Source: Stegostoma tigrinum
Taxonomy: Eukaryota
DNA length: 64,000 nt
Reading direction: 5' to 3'
NCBI RefSeq assembly: GCF_030684315.1
Contig: NC_081404.1
Span: 18,109,140-18,173,139 of the forward strand
The notes under the pieces are model-generated. The model was given only the letters and a program-made list of their open reading frames with translations, had not been told where the DNA came from and made no database searches. Each line of letters begins with the position of its first letter. Within the stretch, counting starts at the first letter, position 1. The position numbers and the translations under genes are program-made. This document shows positions 21,640 through 36,100 of this stretch, piece after piece.

Positions 21640-21955
21640 GTGGCTCAGGAGGTAACAGACTCATCTCTGAATTAGAGAGTCATGGATTCAGGTTCTACTC
21701 AGCTGGCTTTGGGATGAAGTGTTAAACCAAGGCCCTGTCTGCCCTTTTAGGTGGATGTAAAAGATCTGATGGTGCTGTAACCAGAATCATTGAAAATAGA
21801 TTTTCCAGTCATTATTGATATTCATTGGAGCTTGTTGTGGACGTTGGTCACTTTTCCTGCATGACAATAGTGACTACACTTCATAAGTATTTCATTGGTT
21901 CTAAAATGCTTTGGAATGTCCTGGGCTGTTAAAGATGTGACAAAAATGCAGGTGT
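21640..21955 (+). mobile_element. DeuSINE/SacSINE1-like ancient SINE
   Basis: Core gatgaagtgttaaaccaaggccctgtctg and tail atgctttggaatgtcctgggctgttaaag; related copies at about 12050-12350, 28990-29345, 52000-52375 and 52490-53500. Confidence 0.55.
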
Positions 21956-22107
21956 CTGGTATAATGTTTCCACATAGTATAGGAACGTTTGATAAATGCT
22001 TCCTTTTTCACTGTCCCTGGCTTCCCATTGTTGAAACTGGCCATGAGTTATCCCTTTCCAAGCTAGCCTTTCTTTTATATCTGTATGTGAAACAACAATT
22101 CCATTAG

Positions 22108-22290
22108 AACAGAATCCCTGCAATGCGGAAACAGGCCATTCAGCCAATGAGTCTACACCACCCCTCCGAACAGCATCCCACCCAGACCCACCCCATCCCT
22201 AAATCCCTGCATTTCCCATGGCTAACCTACCTTGCCTACGCATCCCTGTACACTATGGGCAATTTAGAGTGGTCAATCCACCTAACCATT
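22108..22290 (-). mobile_element. HE1/V-SINE-like 3' fragment abutting a Penelope terminus (22309-22387)
   Basis: Reverse complement of the SINE tail, then ggcccgaaacgtcagcttttgtgc...ctttgttatctc. Confidence 0.7.
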
Positions 22291-23919
22291 ACCTTAAAGG
22301 TGCCACTCGGCCCGAAACGTCAGCTTTTGTGCTTCTGAGATGCTGCTTGGCCTGCTGTGTTCATCCAGCTTCACACTTTGTTATCTCACATAAATAGAAG
22401 TTGTTTTATTTCCACAGATTCCATTTGAACTTTGTGAATGTGCTCTAGTTCAGCTAAATATCGCGGATTGAGAAAACGGAAAGATTTTGGCAATTATTTT
22501 GCACAGAATTTAACCTCTCTTGTAGCCAACACCACACCACCCTACCCGCCGAGAATGAACTCTGGACTGGCCACTTTGAAGATGAGGGATAATTTGGTAA
22601 ATGAAAACATAGATATCATACTTTACTGATTTGGAAATCGGGTAGAGGGTGAAAGGATTCTGTTGAAATCTGTGTACTACTTCCATGGAGAATAATTCCA
22701 CTGCATGTTGCAAGACCCTATGCAATCGAATGAATTCAAGTTGTAGTTTTCCATTTGTCGCATTTCCCGAGTATTGCTATTACTTCTGTGCACCTTGTCT
22801 AACTGAACACTGAATCACCTACAGCAAACCACTCCAGGATGTAAAAGTCCAAAACACTGATAGATAAGATGGTCACTCGGACATACACTCTATATTGACG
22901 TTTTTGAAGTGTCTAAATGCCCTTCACATTTTCCCTGATGATCCAGCTCACTTTTTTTCCTTATCTGCCTTCTGATCGATTGCCGATATTCTACTTTCCG
23001 GTTTCTTGACATTCGTCCAACTTCTTTCGCCCATGCTACTTTCTGCCTTTACAGTCACTCATATGATTGAACTCTACACTTAGTCGCCTATAGCTTCAAA
23101 CAAGGAAAGAAAGGCTATGTCCCCATCAGAGATGAGCGAGCATCTGGCCAAATATTAGATCTGCCAGTCTGGAACTGTGCTGGAGGGATTTCCCTGTTTG
23201 ACACATTCACTTCTCAATTCAGTTGCTCCGGTGATGGGAGATGATCAACGCTTGGTCATGTTACTAAGTTACAATGTCTGGTGAAGTCGAAAACCCTCAG
23301 TGTAACTGGGATTAAGTCCCATCGTCTACACCTTTTTAAAAAATTTAACTGGCTATAAGTATAATACATACCTATCTAGCTTCACTCCTGGACATGCGAT
23401 GTACAGAGGGTCAAGCAGCGTAACATCGCCTTACAGCGAGTTCTGCTTGTTGCTTTTCCAACTCTGAAAGAAACGCACACTTTCGATTCACAAATTAAGT
23501 TTATTTTTACCTGATTTCTCTTTCCACAACCTCACCGTCCTCCTCCCATAACTTGTGAAAACTCCTTTCGGGTGCTATTTGTTTTTCAAGTTAGGAAATC
23601 TTTTATTTTTAATTTTTTTAAAAAAACCTAAAACGTACACATTTCATGTTTTCTGTTTCCTCAGTTGTTTTGTATACATTTCCTTGATCCCAATCGCTTT
23701 GCACAGCGCTCTCAATCACTACTTCACCCTGAAATTGCTGTTGGGATTGTCTCTTTAAATAGCTGGCAAATGCCTCAGCTCAACAGAAACTTGTTTGTCA
23801 CTCCTGAATGGTTGAAGGGGTCATTTATTTCCATCTCGAATCCCGACTGGTCACCTACGCTGTCAGTCAAGGCCGTTTCCTTGCCACCAAACTTGGTTGA
23901 GCGGTCAGTGCTGCAGCGG

Positions 23920-23925
23920 TATAAA
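23920..23925 (+). promoter_or_regulatory. Candidate TATA box of CYP27B1
   Basis: TATAAA about 60 nt upstream of the ATG at 23982. Confidence 0.5.
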
Positions 23926-23981
23926 GACTATGTGAATGAAGGTGAGGAGGATTGCATTGCTTAATTTACAGAACGATTACA

Positions 23982-24179
23982 ATGTCCTTCGTCCTAAAGA
24001 TAGTCAACCGATTCCCTGTCTGTTGCAGGTACGTTACAGAAATGGTGAAATCTGCCTTGTCCAAGAAGCAAGAGGCCAAGAGCTTGAGAACTATGTCTGA
24101 GATGCCGGGTCCTAGCGCTCTACGATTTGCACATGATTTGTTCTTCAAGAAAGGGCTGGCCAGGTTACATGAGATGCAG
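23982..24179 (+). CDS. CYP27B1: CYP27B1 exon 1 (mitochondrial presequence plus MPGPS motif)
   Basis: [17 protein letters not shown]...[27 protein letters not shown]; donor GTAAGG. The start ATG is inferred. Confidence 0.85.
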
Positions 24180-27100
24180 GTAAGGACAAGGTAACTCTGC
24201 AACAAGTCATATTTAAATCTGGAATCTGATCGTAGTGCCAGCATTGAATAGTCGTACTACCAAGATTGGAATTTAATAGAATCGTAGAATCTCTGCAATG
24301 TCCAAGTAACCCAGTTGGCCCATTGAATCCACACCAACCCTCTGAAGAACATCTCACCCGCACCCACTCACCCCTACCCTATCCCCATAACCCTGCATTT
24401 GCCATGGCTAATCCATTTAGCCTGCGCATCCCTGGACACTACGAAAATTTAGTACAGCCAATCCACTTAACCTGCACGTTTGAATGGAAAGATACTATGA
24501 AGGATGAGAATTCTTGTATATGATTCTCTCTTTAAAAGTTGAAAAGGCAGAAATTTAATGTTAGTAATCAGTGCATATTAAAAAAGTTTTTCTTCATTAA
24601 TGTCTGCTATTTTAATGATGGTGCAATCGTTGAAGGAAAATGTATTTGAATATCAATCATTTTCAGTCTATTGTCACTAACTTTCCAAAAAAATTCAAAA
24701 AAGTAACTGAATTTAAATGTAATTCTGCACATAATTTCACTATCTTCTGAATGATATCTCAGTTGTGGCTTAAGTTTCCAGATGATAGAGCTACATAATG
24801 CAACAGAGTAGCGATCTACCGCTGTTGGCAGTTATCTAAGCCTACTACGGGGCCTCAGCCTTGTCTGACCAACTTTGCACAATTCTGCCCTCAGTTTCCC
24901 CCACCAGTCTCAGCATTTAAAAGATCATCCTCCACCATTTCCACCACCTCCAACAGGATGCCACTGCCAAACACATCTTGCCCTCCCTTGTCAGCATTCA
25001 CTCCTGTCACTCCGAACATCTCCTCACCATCAGCACCATCGTCTCTGACCCACTCACAGCGCCTTCCACACAATCATAGAAGGTGTAACACTTCTCCATT
25101 CACCAACTCCCTTCTCCCTGTCCAAGACCCAATCGCACCTTCCAAGTAAAACAGCAGTTTATGTGTACTTCTTTCAATCTAGTCTATTGCATTTGCTGCT
25201 CACAATGCAATCTCCTCTACATTAGTGAGACCAATTGCAGACTAGTGACTGCTTTGTGAAACTCTCTACTCGATGTGTAATGACCCTGACCTGCCAGTCA
25301 TCTGCCATTTCAATATACCATTTTGTTCTCATGTTAACATTTCCACCTTGGGCCTGCCAACATGTTTCAGTGAAGTCCAATGCCAGCTGGATGAATAGCA
25401 CTTCACTTTCCATGCAGGCACTTCACTGTCTTCAGTACTCAAACCAAGTTCAAGAACTTGAACATGAACATGTCCTCCACTTTGATTACACCCACTTCTC
25501 CCAAACAAGTGTCTTGTTTGCATGGATTTGCTCTCAAAAATAGCTAATCTATTTTCTGCAATTAGTACCTACCATTAATATCTATTCCTCACCTGTATCC
25601 CTCCTCTACTCCTATTAACACTTCATTTGCCTCTTGCTCTGGCCACTCTCAACATTTGCTTCACTTGCTTCTCCTCCTCTTTCCTCAACAGCATAAAAAG
25701 TAACACAATTTTCCAGTTCCTTTCAGTTCCAGAAAGGAGTCGTATCGTATCATACCCAAAGTATTAACTTTACTTCTCTCTCCTCAGATGCTGCCAGACC
25801 TGCTGGGTTTCTCCAGCATAGAAGACATAGAGTTGCACGGAAACAGACCCTCAATCCGACTCATCCACATCAACCAGATATCCCAAATTCATCTAGTCCA
25901 ATTTGCCAGCATTTGAACCATATTTCTCTAAACCTTTCCAATGCATGCACCCATCCAGATGCCTGTTAAATGCTGTAACTGTACCAGCCCCCACCACTTT
26001 CTCTGGCAGCTCATTCCATACACACACCACCCTCTGTGTGAAAAAGTTGCCCCTCAGGTCCCTTTTAACTCTTTCCCCTCTCACCTTAAACCTAGTTCTG
26101 GACTCCTCCCACCCTGGGAAAGTGACCTTGGCTATTCACCCTATCCATGCCCCTCAGGATTTTATAAACCTCTATAAGGTCACCCCTCAGCCTCTGATGG
26201 TCCAAGGGAAAACCTCTGTTTATATTTTAGATCTCCAGCATCCACAGTACTTTGCTTTTAAAAATGTTAATGTTTGACAACTCCATCAACACCCCTTGAC
26301 CTGTGACTCTCATTGAACTGGAATCTGAAGGGCTAAAGGATTGTACTGCCAATGTCTTCACTGCTTTGTTTTTGCTTGTTAGCTGGAGGGGAAGGCAAAG
26401 TATGGTCCTGTGTGGAAGGCACGTTTTGGGCCTATCTTGACAGTACACGTGGCAGATCCATCATTAATCGAACAAGTCTTGCGGCAGGAAGGGACACTTC
26501 CAATCCGTTCTGATTTATCATCTTGGAAAGATTACAGACAATATAGAGGGCATGCTTATGGACTCCTCACAGCGTGAGTACAACCAAATCAGCTCTGAAG
26601 TTACAGCAGATGTAAAAGAAATGAGTGTTTGTATGTTATCATGTGAAACAGCCCCCAAGTGCAACTGATAGCTGGAGAATGTGACTTTTCATCTGCTTGG
26701 ATGAGACATTAAATAGAACAATAAAAACTAGTATTTATATAGTGGTTTGATTCAATATCTCAGGTTGCTTCACAGAAGTATGTTTCATTGGTTCAGATTT
26801 CCTGGCACAATTTGAAGAACACGGAATTTTCATGGTATCCTGGCCAACATTCCTTATTGAACAGACATCACTGCTTATCCTTCCATGTTGTGGGGTCTTG
26901 CTGTACATAAGTGTCTGCCACACTGACCTACAGGATAGTTTCAATAGTATGAAGGCAAATGATGGTAGGAAGACATCGCTCGCCATTGATCAAAGCTGAT
27001 TGACCTAAGCACAGGAACATGAGGAGGTTAACTAGCCCCTTAAGTTTTGACTGTAAAACATTGACAGTGCAACAGCTATGGAAATAATGACCTCTTGATC

Positions 27101-30100
27101 AATTGAAACCAAGGTTTACTAGCTTCCAGAGATAATGGGAACTGCAGATGCTGGAAAATCCAAGATAACAAAGTGTGAAGCTGGATGAACACAGCAGGCC
27201 AGGCAGCATCTCAGGAGCACAAAAGCTGACGTTTCGGGCCTAGACCCTTCATCAGAGACCTCTCTGATGAAGGGTCTAGGCCCGAAACGTCAGCTTTTGT
27301 GCTCCTGAGATGCTGCTTGGCCTGCTGTGTTCATCCAGCTTCACACTTTGTTTACTAGCTTCCACTAGCTTCTACGGTACTTCCTCCTTGGGAAAAGGAA
27401 TACTGCATTGATAAGTTAACACGGGGTGACAGTAATCACATAGGGTCACTACTATCTGCTGATTCTTGGCCATTCCTGGAGGTTTTTAACATTTCCATGG
27501 ATCTGTTGCCAGCCCCATGACCCAGAGACAGTTGGTGATTTTCTTTTTTTTAGATTTCTTAGTCATGATTAATTTGTGTGTTGCTTTCAGTCCTTTGTCA
27601 AAAGCTTTACAGTGAAAACAAAAGCACAATGGGTGCAGTAATAAGCAAAAAGAAGAAATGACTCGTATGCCTGCTGGTTCTGCCCCTCAGTTGATAGCCT
27701 GAAGGCTGAATAATAAGGCTTCTGAACTGAGCTCTGCCCTTAAAGCAGAGTTCGAAAATACAGGTTCCACTCTCCTCAACAGAAAATCAGCAAAAACTTT
27801 ACAAAAAAATTAATCACAGGATGTGAGTATTGCTGGTTGGGACATTCATGGCTCATTACTAATTGCTTTGGAGAACATGACAGTGAGCTGCCTTATTGAA
27901 CTGTTGCAGTTCATGGCATGTAGGGACACCCACAATACTGTTAGAAGGAGTTCCAGGATTTTAACCCAGAAACACTGAAGAAATAGTGAAATATTTCCAT
28001 GTCAGAATGATGTGTGGCACTAGGAGGGGAATTTGCAGGCGTTGGTGTTCCCATGCACCTGCTGCATTTATCTTCAATTGTGGAGGTACGAGTTTGGGAA
28101 GTGCTGTCAAAAACAGCCTTGGTGGGTTGCAGCAGTGCATCTTATAGATGATACACACTGCTGCCACTGAGTGTCAGTGATGGAGGGACTGAATGTTTGT
28201 GGATGTGGTGCCAATCAAGGGGGCTGTTTTGTCACATATCATGCTTCTTGCGAGTGCTGTTGGAGCTGTGCCCATCCAGACAAGTGGGAAGTATTCTATC
28301 ACATTCAAGACTTGTGCCTTATAGATGGTGGACAGGCTTTTGGGGAGTCAGGTCGTGAAAGACTGTTTGTAGAAAAGAGAGAAAAAAAGTGATAAAAAAA
28401 GCCACCACCTGTAGTAGAGACCAGACTAGGGACCATAAATATAAGATAGTCATGAATAAACTTTAAGGGAATCCAGCAGAATGTCTTTACCCAGAGAGTT
28501 GTCGGAATCTCAAAATTACTGCCATAAGAAATAGTTGAGCTGAATTGTATAGCTGTATTAAGGTGAAGATGGCTAAATGTATAAGGGAGAAAGGACTAGA
28601 GGATGTGCAAGTTTTACATCAGTATTTTACGTTGGCATCGAACATGGTTCTACTGCTCTCATTACCAATTGAATGATAGGTTAATATCAAAGACTTTTTG
28701 TCCCCACAGAGGATGTTAGTTGTACAGATCTTTTCTAATCACCTGTTCAGAGGTATTATTACACACCTTTTCAGCAGGTGTGATGAACCCAGAACTCCTG
28801 GTCCAGAGGTAGGGACACTACCACTACACCACAAGAGCCCTGTGTTAGTTGTACATTGAATGCTTTACAATGAGAGGTGGACAGTGCAGGATAAATTGCC
28901 AATTTGCCACCTCATTCTTCCAACAGGGAGCTGTGCTCAAAGTGGGAAGAGACCAGAGAATTGATACCACCTCTTACTGACTCATCTCCAATGCCTGTTC
29001 CCTTTGCATGTAGCCCTGCATCAGTTAATTTGCCTTTGGATGAGACATGAAACCAAAATCCCACTGATGCCCTCAGGAGGATAAAAAATAACCCCACAGC
29101 CCCCATTTTGAAGGACAGCAGGGGAATGCTCCTTGGAATCCTAGCCAATACCTATCCTTCAACCAACATCACTAAATCAGATGATTTGATCATTGTCACA
29201 GTGCCGTTTGTGGAAGTTACCTGGATGCAAATTAGTTTTGAGAGGTCTTCCATCACAACAGTGACTTCAAAAATACTTAACTGACTGTAAAGCACTTTGG
29301 CATGTCTGGAAATTGTGAAAGGCATTGTAAAAAAATTGCAAGTTCTTTTTCCTTCCTATTCTAATGCCACTTTAAAGTGAATTCGATAAGTATTTAAAAG
29401 GAATAATATAAAAAGAATGCAGTGGAAGAGCAGGGGAAAAGGAATTAGATTAGATTAGGCTCATTTGAAAAGTTAGCATCAGCACAGGTGGAATGAGTCA
29501 AATGGCCTCTCTTCTGTTGACCCAACTATATCAAACTGTCAGTGATCTCTTACCTCATAAACGATAGTGATGGTTAATGTATATAAAGATACCTTGTGAC
29601 CTTCTGACCTTGTAAGCAGTAAGCTGTTTGGCCATTGCTGTTAGTTCTGCTGTGTTAAGGGCTTTCTTTCTTGCAGAGAAGGAGAGGAGTGGCAGAGGCT
29701 CCGCAGCATGCTCAGCAAACACATGCTGAAACCAAAGGAAGTGGAAGCATACGGTGGTGTCCTCAATGAAGTTGTGACTGACCTGATCCACAGGCTCCGG
29801 CACCAACAAACCAAGAATGACCAGGTCTTGGTGAAGGATCTGGCAGAAGAGTTTTATAAGTTTGGATTAGAAGGTAAGGGCCACTTATAGAAAGAGGGGA
29901 AAGGACAGAGAATGTAATTCATAGAATCCCAACAGTGTGGGAGCAGGCCATTCAGTCCATCAAGTCCACACCAACCCTCTGAAGAGCATCCCATCCAGAC
30001 CCACTTTCCTACCTTACATATCCCATGGCTGATCCACCTACCCTGCACATCTCTGGACCAATGGACAATTTAGCATCGCCAGTCCACCTAACCTGCACAT

Positions 30101-33100
30101 TTTTGGACTGCTGGATTAAACCGGAGCACTCAGAGGAAGCCCATGCAAACATGGGGAAAATGTGCAAACTACACACAGTTGCCTAAGGCAAGAATCTAAT
30201 CTGAATCCCTGGCGCTGTGAGGCAGCACTGCTAACCACCGAGCTACCATGCTGTTCAATCCTCTCAATAGATCCTTATTGTCCTTTTACACCCATTCAAC
30301 ATGGCTCTGTTAATCCACTCAAGAATAAATCTGGACAGGGTATTAAATCAGCAATGCACCCAATCCTGTGGGCTTTACACCAGGTGTTAGGATATCATTT
30401 TTTCCGACAGAAACACCTGTTCATCTGATAATAATCAGATTTCCTGGTCAATGACCCACATCTTGTGAATTTTTGGAAAAATTGAAATTAAAAGTGAAAA
30501 TTGATGACTGCTATCCAGTCACACCTCTTGTACCTGAAGGAACATTACTGAAACTGATGATCTGGTCATTACCATGTAAAATATTTTAAAGCAAGTACAA
30601 AGGCAGGGAATGATGAAAAGCAGATGGAAAGGGAAAAAAAAGGAAGGTTTACGATAGCATGGAAGGCCAAGGCATTGAATGACAAGGGACAATGGTGAAA
30701 GGTAAAATGGGGTGATAGTGGACCAAGTAAATTGACAAAAGATTGGATTGGAGATTATATAAATTACATCAACAGAATCACCAACAGCACTGAACAAACA
30801 GAGGCAGAGGTGATGATCTGAAATTGTTGAACTTAATAATAAGTCCCAAAAGCATGAAAGTGCCAGAGAGATGAAAAGGCAGAGGTTAAAAATGTACAGC
30901 AAAGAGAACTGGCAGCATTAAAAGATATGCCGTATATATATAGACGTGAAGTGTATAGTGAATAAAGCCAATGCGCTGAGAGCACAGATAATATATCATA
31001 CAATCTGATTTAAAAGAGACAAGGCTGCTCAACATCCCTGGATAGTTTTCAGGCAGGATAAAGAGGAGGACACAAAAGGTGGAACAAGGAGGATTGATGA
31101 GGGCAGTGTGGTGGATGTTGTCTGTATGGATTTTAGTAAGGCATTTGACAAGGTCCCACATTGCTGTCAGAGAAATTAAAGCCCATCGGATTCAGGGAAT
31201 GTGGCAAAGTTGGCTCAATGACAGGAAACAATGACACGGTCAACAGATATTTTTTCAATGGAAAGTGTTTTGCAGTGGTGGTCCACAGGGATCAGTGCTG
31301 GGTCCCTTGCTGTTTGTGATGTGTGTTAATGATTAAAACTTAAATTTGGGAGGCATGATTGGGAAATTTGTAGACAACATATGTTGGCTGGGTAGTTGAC
31401 AGTAATAGAGGGGATCACTGTTGACTGCAGGAAGATATCAATTATTGAGCGTGAGGAAAAGTGACAAATGGTATTCTATCCAGAGAAGTGTGAGGTAATG
31501 CATTAGGGGAGGATATACAAATGAAAGGAATACATAATAAATAGCAGGGTTTTGAGAAGGCTAAGGGAAGTGAGACACCTTGGAGTGCATGCTCAGACAT
31601 CTCTGAACGAGGCAGGACAGGTAGATAAAGTGGTAAAGAATGTATGGGGGTGCTTTCCTGCATTGAGTGAACTACTGATTACAAGGGGGAGGGAATGCAA
31701 TGCTGGACTATTATAAAACACTGTTTAGGCCACAGCTAGAGTTCTGTGTACAATTTTCGACACTGTATTACAGGAAGATCATAATTGCTCTGGAGTGTGT
31801 GCAGAGAAGATTTACAAGAATGTTGCCTGATCTTGAAAATTGCAGGTATGAAGAAAGATTAGATAGGCTAGATTTGTTTTTCTTGGAACAGTGCGGGCTG
31901 AGAAGTGGCTTTAATTAAAGTGCACAAAATAAAGAGGGTCTTGGATAGAGCAGACAGGGAAGATCTGTTTCTCCAAGTAGAGAGGTCAATTGCCATGGAG
32001 GGCAGATTTAAGGCAATTGGTAAAAGAATTAGTGGGACATGAGGAAGAACATTTTCACCCAGCGAGTGATCAGTGTCTGGAATTCGCCGCCCAGTCTGGC
32101 AGAAACTCAATTAAATTCAGGTCATTTAAAAGGAACGTGGGTCTGTAACTAACAAGGCTAAAGACCAGGGGCTGAAAAGTGGAATTAGAATGAGCAGCTA
32201 GTTTATTTAGCTGACATAGATGCTGGGCTGAATAGCCTCTTTCTGTGCTACAACATTGCTATGGTTCTTCAATTCACTGGAACAGTGCAGGAGGACAAGG
32301 ACAGGGAGGTCAGTGTGGGTGTGGCATAAAGTATTAACTTGATAAAATGAAGAGTTGGCCTGTGGACCCAAGAATTAACAGGCTTAAGCAGAAGGGAACA
32401 GCTCAGGGAGTTCACATTCCTGAAAGTGAAACAAAATCCAAAAGCCTTCTGAGAGCTGTGGCTCCATTCAGGTTCCAGGACTAACAGAATAATGTTTTAA
32501 ACCAATCAGCCCCAAATAATATTGAGATTACTAAGCTAGTTTTTAAACTTTCAAAGCAGTAATCTCTGTTCACCTCTGCTAATTTTTCCAGGTATCTCTT
32601 CGGTGCTCTTTGAGACACGGATTGGCTGCCTCAAGTCTGATGTTCCCAAGGAAACAGAAGATTTTATCCAGTCCATTAACACCATGTTTCAAATGACACT
32701 CATCACCATGGCAATGCCGAAGTTTCTGCACAAAATCTACCCAAAACCTTGGTGCAAATTTATTGCCTGCTGGGATTACATGTTTTCTTTTGGTAATTTG
32801 AGATGTTTGTCGAAATGGCAGTGGAGTTGGTACACAGTTCAATGCTATGGACTGAGGAAGCAGACAAGGATGTAGGAGGGATGTTGATCATGTTGCACCA
32901 CAAACAGCAGACTGTGAAATTAATTCACGTTAAATTGGGTCAGTATTTGAAAAGAGAGAAAAGAATACAGTGAAAGGGTAAGGAAACTGCCAGTTTTAAA
33001 GCTACACCATTTGGCATTCAGTGCCCAACTAAAAGTAAAAACTTACCCCGGTGTCTGTGTCCTGTTTTATACATCTAAATGTCTGCACTTCCAGCCTGGC

Positions 33101-36100
33101 AGGTTCCCAGAGTTGAGGGTGATGGTGCCCTTTGCAGTGCTGGCAGACAGGTGCTCACAGTGGAAGCAGCATGTGGTCTGTGACATAGCTCAGTGATCAC
33201 TACCATTTGTTTAAAAGAAAAAGTCTCTGCAAACACTGTCTCCAAGGTATCTGGAAGTAGAAAGTCTCGGAGTGTGTCATTGTGGTGCAGATTGCTGGGA
33301 ATCTCTAGTGCTGCTCAATCAGCAGAACCTCTCAATTACTTTTCCTCCTCCAGTGAATTTGAATACAGTATGAAAGCTATAATTACCTCTTTACAACTGG
33401 GAGTGGGAAGGGGTCTGTTAGCTCAGTCAGTTATAGCACAGTGCAAAATAACACTAAGAGCACGGATTCAATCCGTGTATCACCTGAGAGAGTTCTTGAA
33501 GCCTGCTTTGTTTCCTTAACCTGGAGTGATATTCTTGGCACAAACTTTGATTTACCAAACCTTGGACAATGAAGATGCTACATAGACAGAGAGAAAAAAA
33601 AGGGCAAGCAAGTTGTCAGGAGTTCCATGGAAAGGCACAAGGGAAAATCATTAAGCAGAATAATAAACATACAATGTTGCACTCGAGGAGAAGATCACAA
33701 AAACTCAGTGTTTTAAACTCATCTCCCTCTCCCAAGATTTGTTACCAATCACCTGAAATCTTTAGCAGCAACAAAAAAAACAAACAAAATCTGGTACTAT
33801 TATGCTGGTGCTGAGTTCCTGGGTACTGTTATTCCCTCAATGAGATGAGAAAGTCCTTTATTTTTTCAGGTTTGAAAATAACACCACTGTGCTATACCGA
33901 AATCAAACATTTTCTCTTGACGGGTTTATGTACAACTCCACTTAGAACATTAGATTGTGCCAGGAGCAGTGTTGTCTTGCTCCAGGTTGCTATTCCAACA
34001 GAGATTCACTGGTCAGTGCAAACTAGATAAAGTGCTGTTCTCCATAGCATTATCCTTGAACCCATGTTGCAACTATTTTTCAGCTAAAGGACACATAGAC
34101 CGAAGAATGGCTGAAATTCAACAGAAAGTAGCTAGAAAGGAGCCAATCGAGGGGAAATACCTGACTTACTTTCTGTCATCGCAGAATCTCCCCATGAAAA
34201 CTATTTATGGCAATGTCACAGAGTTGTTACTCGCTGGTGTAGACACAGTAAGTGCTTGTCAATATTAGTTCTTGTGGTGTTCAAACTCTGTAAAACTCAT
34301 CGGGGTAATTCTGTCAGAGCTCACTGGGTGAAAACCTGCTGGATTGGATGGAATGCTCAATGTCCACCCTAACAAATATTATTGTCTGTCAATGTCAGAG
34401 TTGGCAGGTTATTCCACTACAGAAGCATCACACCCAAATCCAGTCCTGTCTTCTGCCAATCATAGTGACTGGGCCAGGGGGCATCGGTAAATAGTTTCTC
34501 ATGTAAGTTTAAGGATATTTAGCACATTTGTAACACTAGTTGAGAACTAAAAGCAGAAACTGAGAGCTGACTTTCTTACCTGTATCACTCATTGCTACAC
34601 TAGGTGGTTCGCCTTCCTTTCAGCACCAGTATCACATTGCTCCCTTTCTCTCTGTTTCCTATAGATTTCCAGCACGATGTCGTGGACATTATATGAGTTG
34701 TCCAGGCACTCAGACATTCAGGCAGCCCTCTACCGAGAAATCAAAGCAATAGTTGGAGACAAACAAATCCCCTCAGCCACTGATGTGGCAAAGATGTCCC
34801 TCATGAAAGCTGTTGTGAAGGAAGTACTGAGGTGAGGTTAAAGAATAAGTGTTGTTACCTTGTTAACGTGGGTGTCCCTTTGATATGTTTCATCTTCTGT
34901 CCAGCATCTCTGTTGTTGCACCCAAGAATTTGTGTCTGCAAGACGCAAGTACAAATTCTGACCTGAAAACCAAATGCAAACTTGTTTATTTTCCCTCAAT
35001 GAAGGAACAGCAACTTATCAAAAAAATTAACAGAGGTCAGCACCCAATTGGAAAAATGAAAGATCTGAAAGTTCATTTACCTTTCATCTGTAGAGAATGA
35101 GCATGAATTTGTTGGGAGTTTTCTAGAAATGTTACTACTTTTTGCCAAGGCTGGTATGCAAAGTGAGCAAATGGCAGTCGGGGCAGTGTTCTGAGATTGG
35201 AGCAGAGGTACATCAATGGTGCAGATTAAAGGGAATTGTTCTCCAAGTGGGCAGTGCCAGATGCCAACCCTGGTCAAAAGCAGACAAAGTATTCAACTCT
35301 CAAGTGCAGATGTCCATCATCAGAAGACAACACACTGATGAGAGAAATGGCCAATGACCTGAGGAGTACATGAGGGAATTCTGACTAAACCATGCATGTA
35401 ATGTACCATTTTTTTACCTTTTCTTAGGCTTTATCCTGTAATCCCAGGAAATGCTCGTGTGATTCCAGATAAAGATATCCAAATTGGAGAATACATCATT
35501 CCCCAAAAAGTAAGCAGCATAGAGGTTTGTAAGATTTTTGCTTAAATCTAGAGGGTATGGGGAGTCCCTGTCTGCCAAAGCCCTAAGCTCTGGAATTTCC
35601 TCCCTAAATTTCCCTCCCTCTCCCTAAAGGATTCCCTATTGGATTTATTAGTGATTAGATTACATTTTACACCCACCTTGATTTGGACTTCCCCAAACAA
35701 GTGTAAACATTTCAGTATGTACCCTACTAATCGCTTTCATAGTCTTAAATGTAATAATTGTTTACTTACCAAATCCCTTTAAGATCTCTACTACATACAT
35801 AAAACAGTGCAGTAAATCTTTACTTAATGTTGTTGTATCATTCCTAAGAATTGCAACAACTTTAAGCGAATCAGGTTTTCCCATTAAAACCAATGTAAAA
35901 GCTGTAGTTAAGTCCTACAGAACGTTTCTCTTCAGAAAAAAAACAAACTGTTGAAATAAATTCTTAAATTCCTAAATTTGTAAATGAAATAACTTTGTAA
36001 AAAATATCTAAAGTACAAAAAAACTAATTCTTTCTACATGACCCCCCCATTGCAAATTTACCCAACAGCCTCTGCTGCTCATTGCTTCTCTCTCCCACCT

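Noticed and set aside
23942-23971. GT...AG mini-intron in the CYP27B1 5' UTR
   Set aside because: About 30 nt is too short for a spliceosomal intron.
27167-27352. DNA-transposon MITE interpretation of the palindromes
   Set aside because: The arms equal the termini of RT/GIY-YIG-coding elements in this window, are asymmetric, and have variable-length TSDs.
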